From assembly GCA_963716145.1 (NCBI GenBank), contig OY970292.1:661171-725170 (forward strand): a stretch of DNA of 64,000 bases, read 5' to 3'. The notes below the pieces were generated by a model. The model saw only the letters and a list, made by a program, of their open reading frames with translations. It searched no databases and was not told where the DNA came from. This DNA is from Candidatus Levyibacteriota bacterium (GTDB lineage Bacteria > Patescibacteriota > Microgenomatia > Levybacterales > UBA12049). A program made the position numbers and the translations under genes. Positions within the stretch are counted from its first letter, which is position 1; every line of letters begins with the position of its first letter. This document shows, in pieces, positions 36,067-43,940 of the stretch.

Positions 36067-36176
36067 CGAATTCTCAATTCTCAATTTACAATTTTCATTG
36101 AATGCTTCAATGTTTAAATTTTCAAAATCGTGTCATTGTAATTTGATTGAAAACTGAAAATTAAAAATTGAAAATT
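36067..36176. repeat. Heptamer-periodic inverted repeat (TTTTCAA family)
   Basis: aattctcaattctcaatttacaattttcattg...ttgaaaactgaaaattaaaaattgaaaatt between convergent genes. Confidence 0.8.
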
Positions 36177-38484
36177 AGCCTTCCACCTTCTTCATATACC
36201 TAGTCCGTGAATTCTGTATCACCTTTTCCCTGTTCTGGGTTACTGACTGAGGCAATGGAAGCGTATATGCAAGGAAAGGAGCCTGGGTGATACTATCAAT
36301 CGCCAGCTTCACAATAGCCTGATAATTTCCAAGTGCGAGCAAATCTTCCTCTTTGAATCTCTCGGTAAATTCCCTTGCCATATAGCCTGCATCCTCAGCC
36401 CCCACCAAAAATGAAGCCATTGTGCCCGCGTTTCCGAAGATCGCGCCTCTGACCTCCTGCGGAATTTGGGAAATATATTGGTTGGCCAGAATCAGGTTCA
36501 AACGGTATTTACGGGCTTCCGACAGAATTTTGATAAAACTGGTAGTTGCGAAATTCTGGAACTCATCAACATATAGATAAAAATCCCGCCGGTCTTTTTC
36601 GGCCAAAGAAACCCTATTCATGGCAGCAAGTTGGATTTTGGTGATAAACATCGCGCCCAAGAGGGCTGAGTTGTCCTCCCCTAGCCTCCCCTGCGAAAGG
36701 TTTAATAAAAGAATCTTCCCTTCATTCATGATTTTTTCGATATCGATTGTGGATTTGGGATTTTGGATAATGTTTCTGATAAAACGGCTAGATATAAACT
36801 GCCCTACTTTATTTAGAATTGGTGAGATCGACTCAGCTCTGAGCTTGTCGGTCATATTGGCAAACTCATTTTCCCAAAAGCTTTTCAAAATCGCGTCATC
36901 TATGTGAGTCATCGCGTTTTTGCGAAAAGCTTCATTCGTCAGCATTTCAGGCACCATCAGAAGTGTTGGATTGGGCAGCCTGACAACAGTCATAAGTGTA
37001 TTACGCAAAATATACTCAAGTCTAGGTCCCCATGACTCTCCATATATCTTATGGAAAGTGGCCACAATTCCCGATACAACAAGTTCCATTTGATATGAAT
37101 CTGTCACCTCAATCGGGTTGAGAGAGAACGCATGGGTCAAATCCGATGGGTCAAGATAGATCACATCGTTAATCCTATAGGACGGTATGTAGTCCAAAAT
37201 CGTCTCACATAAATCTCCGTGCGGATCTATGATACACATCCCCTTGCGGTTACGAATATCGCTTATCGCGAGATTGGCAATAAGGGTGGACTTACCTGTT
37301 CCTGTTTTTCCGATTATGTACATATGGCGTCTTCTGTCTGATGCTTTGATCCCAAAGGTTGTCATTCTGTTCTTGAACTCAGTCCTGGCAAAAAAATTGA
37401 TTTCCGATTTCTCATCAGTTGATAAGCCTTCACTGATCGGAAGCTTTTCAGGAGGCTCGGAAAGTATAGTCTTGTGCCAAGAAATGTTGTGGATTTTGGC
37501 AAGCTTGTCGGTTGGGAAATGAAACATTGTGGCTATTTCCTGAATGTTGAAGATCTGTCTAGGCATGAAAAAACGTGACCTTTTAAGCATGGCCTTGATC
37601 AGCCTCTCCCTCTGCCAGAGAAAAACACGCCTGAAAATGAGGCTGTTGCCGGTCGGGTTGTTGTATGAAGAAAAGCTGTTGGCTATTTGGCGTATCAGAT
37701 GCTCTGAGCGTTCTGGTGTTTCTGAGTTGACGGCGATTCTTATGGCTGTTTTAAAGCCATTTGCCGCTATCTTTTCCATAATCACCTTGGAATATGGGTT
37801 GGCGTGCTCAACGCCTGCCGCATCGGCTCGCTTGCCAGCCGCACGCTCTCCCTTTGCCTGCCAGCCGTTATCAATCGGTCTGAGTAAAAATTGTATACTA
37901 ATTTTATCGGTTGGCTGGGACTTAGAAAGCAGACCCAGAACTGAGGCTAGGGAGTCAACATCCTTAAATTCGGTGAAAGTACGGATCGGATAAAGCGGAT
38001 CCGCGGTAAGTTTCATCTGTCCGACATAGAGCGTGTTCTTCGATGCTGGATCTTGGGTCTTGGTTCTTGGAATACCGCTCTCCGAAGATCCATGATCTAA
38101 GACCCTTGATCTGGCAAGGTTCTCCGAAGAACTAAAATCTAAGACCTTTAATCCAAGCACTTCCGGCAGATAATCCTTCACCTTGGTGATCAGAGCCTTG
38201 GGATAAACAGCCACGATTTGCCCTTCTATAAAGGTCTGGTACTTGCTGGGAACTGAGACGAAAAAATGAATAGCCTGATCAATCACGCCCAACTCAAGGC
38301 TGATAGGAACTCCCAAGCCCCAAAAGGGCAAAATCAGCCTCTTCAGGCTGGCAATTGAGGCCAGGAACTGCACCATGGACTCAGGCGTCTCCTCGCCTGT
38401 CCGGGAAGTCCGGACATCCAAAAGGACACGGTCCGAGACTAAATCCCCAGATTTAGATTTCTTATTTAACAATTTATTGACCAT
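36175..38484 (-). CDS. VirD4/TraG/HerA-like coupling ATPase
   Basis: DRRRHMYIIGKTGTGKST, IDPHGDL, LYVDEFQNF, EARKYRLNLILANQY. Confidence 0.88.
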   Translation of the reverse strand: MVNKLLNKKSKSGDLVSDRVLLDVRTSRTGEETPESMVQFLASIASLKRLILPFWGLGVPISLELGVIDQAIHFFVSVPSKYQTFIEGQIVAVYPKALITKVKDYLPEVLGLKVLDFSSSENLARSRVLDHGSSESGIPRTKTQDPASKNTLYVGQMKLTADPLYPIRTFTEFKDVDSLASVLGLLSKSQPTDKISIQFLLRPIDNGWQAKGERAAGKRADAAGVEHANPYSKVIMEKIAANGFKTAIRIAVNSETPERSEHLIRQIANSFSSYNNPTGNSLIFRRVFLWQRERLIKAMLKRSRFFMPRQIFNIQEIATMFHFPTDKLAKIHNISWHKTILSEPPEKLPISEGLSTDEKSEINFFARTEFKNRMTTFGIKASDRRRHMYIIGKTGTGKSTLIANLAISDIRNRKGMCIIDPHGDLCETILDYIPSYRINDVIYLDPSDLTHAFSLNPIEVTDSYQMELVVSGIVATFHKIYGESWGPRLEYILRNTLMTVVRLPNPTLLMVPEMLTNEAFRKNAMTHIDDAILKSFWENEFANMTDKLRAESISPILNKVGQFISSRFIRNIIQNPKSTIDIEKIMNEGKILLLNLSQGRLGEDNSALLGAMFITKIQLAAMNRVSLAEKDRRDFYLYVDEFQNFATTSFIKILSEARKYRLNLILANQYISQIPQEVRGAIFGNAGTMASFLVGAEDAGYMAREFTERFKEEDLLALGNYQAIVKLAIDSITQAPFLAYTLPLPQSVTQNREKVIQNSRTRYMKKVEG

Positions 38485-38884
38485 ATTTATATATTATCAT
38501 TGTTCTTTGTCTGCACAAAGAACCAAAAACTAAGCGGTATCCCGCCCGTTCGCTGCGTAATGCATGAAAAATCTTATGAGCGCATCAGGGGGATTCCTCG
38601 GCAGAGCAAAGCTATGATCGAGGAGGGGGTGAAATCACCCGATAAGTGAAGAAGATTTCGAAAGCATGGAGCGAGACTAGGGCGCAGTTTTGCTGCCAAA
38701 AGTGTGAAAAAAGAGTTTGTCTCCGCAAAAGAACAGAGAAAAAATTATTAAAAAAATTTTGCATTTTGACTTTTAAGTTTTGAATTGAAGCTCGAATTTT
38801 GCGTTGTATACAAATATAGTACCAGAGTCGGGAATTTTCTCCAAGTGATTAAATTATTTATACGCTATAGGCTGAAATTGCCAC

Positions 38885-38913
38885 TTGACAAATGTAATAA
38901 AATTTGATACTAT
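38885..38913 (+). promoter_or_regulatory. sigma70 promoter of the cassette RNA
   Basis: TTGACA-17 nt-TACTAT with TG extended -10. Confidence 0.75.
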
Positions 38914-39027
38914 AAGTCGCTTTCTTTTTAAAAGCCCGTTTTGTGCCCGTAAGCCAAAACCAGCTCAAAAAGTCAGCACGTATCTGTAAGGTATAGTTCG
39001 GATTTTACTGAACTCTGCTTTGCAGAG

Positions 39028-39039
39028 GCACTTTAACAA
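39028..39039 (+). promoter_or_regulatory. boxA-like antitermination site
   Basis: GCACTTTAACAA, preceded by hairpin CTCTGC-TTT-GCAGAG; compare GCTCTTTTACAA before 23S and GCACTTTGAAAA before 5S in this window. Confidence 0.65.
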
Positions 39040-39254
39040 GGCACACAAGAATTTAGTCGCAGACGCTCAGACTGATAACTAATGACAAATAACAGATAAC
39101 TGTTATGAGTTATAAGTAATAAGTTATGAGTTCCGCGGCTATCTTAGCTTAGAAGAAATAAACAAAACATCTTCTTTTTAGTTGGTCGGAATTTTGCAAA
39201 CAAGGGTAAATCTTTGTTTTCAGAACTCCGATCAACGGAAGGAGGTGAAGCACA

Positions 39255-39404
39255 TTGGCCAACGGAGTCTTTCCGGCCAATCACCAACCAGGAAAACGGC
39301 GGAAGAGCAAGAAGCGCAAGAAGCGCGAATTGAAGGGAACCAATAAGGGCCAGAAAAAGGTCTACGTGGTCGAATCCGGAAAGGTAATTAGCTTCAAGCC
39401 TTAA
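39255..39404 (+). CDS. 49-aa Lys/Arg-rich micro-ORF
   Basis: SD AAGGAGGTGA 5-6 nt before TTG; MANGVFPANHQPGKRRKSKKRKKRELKGTNKGQKKVYVVESGKVISFKP. Confidence 0.5.
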   Translation: MANGVFPANHQPGKRRKSKKRKKRELKGTNKGQKKVYVVESGKVISFKP

Positions 39405-39533
39405 CGGCGGAAACGATTTTTGCATGAGGCAATACAAACAGGCGCCCCGAACAATCAGCAGGAGCTGAGCGTCTGAGCCTACAGGGCAAAATGGGAATAT
39501 GCGTAAACCAACGAGAAACGAGGACACACAGTC

Positions 39534-40607
39534 ATGGCAACACTCGAAGAAGTACGGCAGTGGACCAACAATCAGGCTCGCAGTCTGCAGGAACTGCAGG
39601 ACGCGGTTGCCGGATTCAGGAACCTCGGCTTCACCATTCCCGCCGGCGCGCAGACCATCGACGGACAGCGCGACAGCCTGTACCGTTTCATCATGGCGCA
39701 GCCCAACCTGCACGCAGCCTCGCCCTGGACGCCGCCCGGAATGAACCCCGGACTGCCCCAGACGCAGACCACGCAGCAGCAGGGTTCGCCGGCTCCGGCT
39801 CCCGTGGACGACCACGACGAGCCCCGCAGGAAGTTCAACCCTTGGGCCATCGCCGGAATCGCGGCGGGAGTCATTGCGTTGCTCTTCGGGGCCTACCTGC
39901 TCGGAAACCGTGACACCAAGGTGGTGACCGGTGTACCGGCAGCAGCCCCCGCCCCGGCACCCGCGGCTCAGCAGCCGATCGTTGTCGTCGCTCCTCCCTC
40001 GGGGGGTGCGCCGGCCGGCGCTTCGGCGGCTACGGCAGCAGGCTCGCCCCAGGTCCAGTCCGTGGTTTCGGCTTCCGGCACCCCCGCTTCGGCGGCGGTC
40101 GTGACGGCTCCGTCGGCTTCCTGGGGCCGTGCGACGTCAAGTCGCTGGGTGGCAACTGGGTCCCCGCGGAAGCCAACATGTGGAAGTACGCCGGTCCGGC
40201 GAGCACCATCACGGTGCCCGCTTCGGGTCCGACGTGGGTCATCGACCACGCGCTCGGCTCGATCACCAACGGCATGTCCGTGACCACGGGTGTGGCCACG
40301 GCCTACTGCCTCGGTGGCGGTACGGCCACGGCGGCTCTCGGCCTCCGGCACCATCGCGGCCACGACCACGGCCACGGCGGCTCCGGCCTCGGCTTGCCCC
40401 GGCACCTCGGACCAGGCGGCCAGCCTGCTCGGCGGCAACGCCAGCAGCTGGACGACCCTCCCCGGCAACGGGTGGCACTACAGCGGTACGAGCACCACGG
40501 TGAAGCACCCCGGCTTCGGGCGTGTCGACTACGACGGTGGGAACCTTTCCACCGCCGGGACGACGAGCCCCGCCGGGATCCAGTTCACCTTCTGGTGCAA
40601 CGCCTAG
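39534..40607 (+). CDS. GC-rich single-TM protein with Ala/Pro linkers and two small Cys-bounded extracellular domains; two apparent frameshifts (~40120, ~40335)
   Basis: Stitched from ORFs 39534..40283, 40178..40627 and 40290..40607; TM WAIAGIAAGVIALLFGAYLL; LGGN..W..YxG motif in both domains; SD GAGGA. Confidence 0.7.
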
Positions 40608-40625
40608 CTCCGCAGTTCCAACCAT

Positions 40626-40700
40626 GAGGTGTGTGACGGTGGATCCGTACAAGAGTTGCGCCCCCCTGGGCCAACTGTGCGGTGAAGCCGTCACGCTCTC
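40626..40700 (+). ncRNA. Conserved hairpin, copy 1
   Basis: GTGTGACGG/CCGTCACGC, CCGTAC/GTGCGG and AGTTG/CAACT stems; 21 nt identical to copy 2. Confidence 0.7.
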
Positions 40701-40722
40701 ACAAACGAGGAAAGAAGGAAAG

Positions 40723-41259
40723 ATGCAGAGAAGGACAGTCCTAACCACAGTCATGCTCGCCCTCGCGATCTTCGCGGGAGCTTGCGGTGACTCCGATGAC
40801 AAGTCCACGACGGACAACACTGTGCCCAGTGCCGTCGTCCAACCCGTCCCGACCATCGTGCAGCAGGCACCGACGAGCCCCGCGCCCACCGGCGCCACCA
40901 GCTCGGCCTGCATCAGCACCACGGAGGTTAACTCGCTCACTCAGAGCGACCTCCACCGTGTGGGGGGTGAGGCTTGCGCCTACACCCTTCGGGTCGCCGC
41001 TGTGGGCAACACGCCCGTCGTCTGCGCTTCCGTTCTGATCTGCACCCTGTCCTTCCAGGATGGGATTCGGGTCTACATCGGCGATGGCACGCAGTACACG
41101 GGCGTCCTGGCAGGAACGGTGCGATTCGTCGCTGCCTATCCCGCTTGGGACACCCCGCACAACGCGTGCGCGCAGACCGCGGCAGAGGACCTGTTCGGTC
41201 AGCAGCAAGTTCCACCCTTCCACGTCGTGGCAGGGAACTTCAGCTGCACTCGCGCCTGA
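40723..41259 (+). CDS. GC-rich Cys-rich lipoprotein
   Basis: MQRRTVLTTVMLALAIFAGA-C lipobox; purine-rich SD upstream; several further Cys. Confidence 0.8.
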   Translation: MQRRTVLTTVMLALAIFAGACGDSDDKSTTDNTVPSAVVQPVPTIVQQAPTSPAPTGATSSACISTTEVNSLTQSDLHRVGGEACAYTLRVAAVGNTPVVCASVLICTLSFQDGIRVYIGDGTQYTGVLAGTVRFVAAYPAWDTPHNACAQTAAEDLFGQQQVPPFHVVAGNFSCTRA

Positions 41260-41270
41260 CCTGAGAACCA

Positions 41271-41339
41271 GGAGAGTGACGGTGATCCGTACAAGAGTTG
41301 CGCCAGGTGGCCAACTAGTACGGTGATCCGTCGCTCTCC
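41271..41339 (+). ncRNA. Conserved hairpin, copy 2
   Basis: GGAGAGTGACGG/CCGTCGCTCTCC, CCGTAC/GTACGG and AGTTG/CAACT stems. Confidence 0.7.
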
Positions 41340-41551
41340 CCTCAGGATTCTTCTGAGCAAAATGACACAAGTCGTCAGACTTGGAAATTCTCGTCGAATG
41401 CGATGGGAAAAGAAGAGGCTGACACGAGTGTCATGGAGATGTGAGAGCATCAAGGGTACGGTTAGTACAGAAGATTTGCAGCATGCGCTGCGCTTATATT
41501 TTCTGGCTTTGCCTTCCCTTGGAGTTTTCCATTTTCCCACTTGTGTGCCTG

Positions 41552-41616
41552 TTTTCGTTTACCGGTCAAACCGGTACTGATGAGTCCTTCGGCTAACGCT
41601 CAGGACGAAACGAAAG
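41552..41616 (+). ncRNA. Type III hammerhead ribozyme; predicted cleavage after GUU at 41559
   Basis: Stem III TTTCGT/ACGAAA; stem I TACCGGT-caa-ACCGGTA; core CTGATGA; stem II GTCCT/AGGAC; GAAA. Confidence 0.9.
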
Positions 41617-41694
41617 TACTTGAAATTAAAGAGAATATGTTATAGGATACAAGGTAATTAATTAAACTTAGTACTTATAATAATTAAATAAAAT

Positions 41695-42478
41695 ATGAAA
41701 ACAATATCATTTATCATACCTGTATATAACGAGGAAAAAAGACTGTATAAAACTCAGGAGGCTCTGATGAAGCTGAAGCTTCCCCGTGGTCTTAAGCTTG
41801 ATGAAATCATCTTTGTGGATGATGGCTCAAAAGATAAGACTGTAAAAAGTATCCGCTACTTTATTCATGTTATGAAAAAGTACAAAATCCAAAAAGGTGC
41901 CAACTATAGAGTTATTAAATATTCTCAAAACCAGGGCAAAGGTTACGCAATAAGACGCGGTATGCTTGCGGCCCGCTCTGACTACGCTCTCTTTTTTGAT
42001 GCCGATATGTCAACTCCTCTTAAAGAGCTTAATCATTTCATGGAGTATATTAAGCAGGATGTTGATGTGGTGATCGGGTACCAGAAAACACAAAGACTCC
42101 AAGGTTATAAGAAGCCAATCAGTGTTTCGTGCCAAATTGGGTCAGGGATTTACGCTAATGACAGGAACATTGCTTGGAATGGATTTGACTGATTACACCT
42201 GCGGATTTAAAGCCTTCTCAAAAAACGCCAGGATTGCTATATTTGCCAATTGTCAAATCAACAGATGGGCATTTGATGCTGAGATACTTTATCTTGCGCA
42301 CAGATATAAAATGTCTATCGCGGAAGTACCTGTTGTCTGGAGAAATGACGAATACACCAAAGTTAAATTGCACAAAGATGTGCTCTTAACACTTCTTGAC
42401 CTTTCAAGAATAATCGGCTTGCACATAATTGCTCCCGCTCTTTCCTTTCCCAAAAGGCAGGTTGCCCTATCCGCCTAG
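41695..42478 (+). CDS. GT2 dolichyl-phosphate glycosyltransferase-like; frameshift near 42085
   Basis: IIPVYNE, VDDGSKD, NQGKG, DADMS, then DYTCGFKAF and WAFDAEIL in the second ORF. Confidence 0.85.
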
Positions 42479-42511
42479 CCGGCGAGGCTGGCAATATAAT
42501 TCCTAAAGTTA

Positions 42512-42640
42512 GAATTTTCAATTTGAAATTTAAAATTTGAAATGAATTTTGATTGTTTTAAATTTAAATTTTTAAACATTTACCTGCCTGCCGGCAGGCA
42601 GGGATTTCAATGAAAATTGAAAACTGAAAATTGAAAATTC
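42512..42640. repeat. Heptamer hairpin with nested 20-bp palindrome CCTGCCTGCCGGCAGGCAGG (42583-42602)
   Basis: Direct reading; identical palindrome at 51965-51984. Confidence 0.85.
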
Positions 42641-42689
42641 AGCACAACTAAAGCTTACTAAAAATTCATAAGTCTAGTACAATAATACT

Positions 42690-43940
42690 ATGCCAAGCTT
42701 AGTTGTCATCTCTAGTTACCCACCTCGTGGGACGACCCATCATAAAAGTGTTATTGGGGGAGCGTCCTACACCAAAAATACCCTGATTGCCCTCGAAAAA
42801 GAAATTCGCGCGCGAGGTGAAACTCCTGACATAACAGTACTTGCTCAAAAAATAGATGGCTCTGAGGCATCTTATGATGACGAAGGCATCGGAGTAAAAA
42901 GGATCTGGGAACGCAACTCTCTTCTTACCTTTAGCAGGCTTTACAAAGAAATTATTAGCAACCACAGGCAGACAAAAGAAATCCTTATTGAGCTGGAACT
43001 GAATATTTTTGGAAAAAGCGGAATATTTCTCATCCTGCTTATTAACTTTATTTACTCCCTGAAATTGCTGAACAAAAAAGTAATTTTGGTAATTCACGAG
43101 GTTATTTTTGATATGGACAAATTCGGGCCTCACATAAATCTTAAACAGAAAAGTCTCAAGACAGCATTTTATAATTCCGGACTAAGCATGTTCTATAAAT
43201 CAATATTGAAACCAGTGGACAAAGTTATTGTTTTTGAGCAAAGCCTAAAGGAAAAGCTGGCAGAAATAACGGGCCAAAAAAATAAAATTAGTGTCATCCC
43301 GATTGCTGTTGAGAATATCAAAAATGTTATTTCCAAAGCTGAAGCAAGAACCAAGTTGGCAATTCCAAAAAATGATTTTGTAGTTATGACTTTTGGGTTC
43401 TTGGCATGGTACAAAGGAACCGATTGGATAGCTGAAGTATGGCCCAATAGCGCAGCGCCCTTGCGCTTAATTATAGCGGGAGGTGCCAATCCCAACCGCA
43501 TGGAACTTCCCTACTATAAAAAGTATTTGGAAGAGCTTGAAACTATTGCACGGGAAAAAGACATAACTTTAACAGGATTTATTCCTGAAGAAAAAATGCA
43601 ATTATACTTTGCTGCAAGCGATATTGTAGTCTTCCCCTACCGAACCATGATGTCATCAAGCGCTGTCCTGTCAATGGCTTTTAGCTTTGAAAAACCATTC
43701 CTGCTTTCCGAAAACATGAGACAAATCTTCCTGGGACAAGATATGAAAGAAGAATTGTTATCTTCAAATCTCAAAGAAGAAGACGTGCTTTTCCCGCTTG
43801 ATAACTCATTTGGTAAAAAAATTAAAAAGGTAAAATATGACTTAGAGCTGCTTAAAAAATTGGAACTTTTTTCCAAAAAAATGAAGGACAAGAGATCATG
43901 GAATTTAATCGGCGGACAATATTATGAAACATTTTTTTAA
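42690..43940 (+). CDS. GT4 glycosyltransferase
   Basis: FGFLAWYKG, YFAASDIVVFPY GT-B motifs. Confidence 0.85.
   Translation: MPSLVVISSYPPRGTTHHKSVIGGASYTKNTLIALEKEIRARGETPDITVLAQKIDGSEASYDDEGIGVKRIWERNSLLTFSRLYKEIISNHRQTKEILIELELNIFGKSGIFLILLINFIYSLKLLNKKVILVIHEVIFDMDKFGPHINLKQKSLKTAFYNSGLSMFYKSILKPVDKVIVFEQSLKEKLAEITGQKNKISVIPIAVENIKNVISKAEARTKLAIPKNDFVVMTFGFLAWYKGTDWIAEVWPNSAAPLRLIIAGGANPNRMELPYYKKYLEELETIAREKDITLTGFIPEEKMQLYFAASDIVVFPYRTMMSSSAVLSMAFSFEKPFLLSENMRQIFLGQDMKEELLSSNLKEEDVLFPLDNSFGKKIKKVKYDLELLKKLELFSKKMKDKRSWNLIGGQYYETFF

Noticed and set aside
40626-41339. CRISPR array or integron attC sites
   Set aside because: Only two copies, separated by a whole gene; no cas or intI gene; attC end motifs absent
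39144-41580. Many overlapping ORFs on both strands in the GC-rich island
   Set aside because: Shadow ORFs expected from high GC; only the SD-led plus-strand frames look protein-like
1850-42090. Frameshifts at ~1855, 9395, 19680, 23645, 40120, 40335 and 42085 as programmed recoding or phase variation
   Set aside because: They are scattered across unrelated genes, mostly near short homopolymers, with no shared slippery motif; sequencing indels are more likely. Read-level checking is needed.
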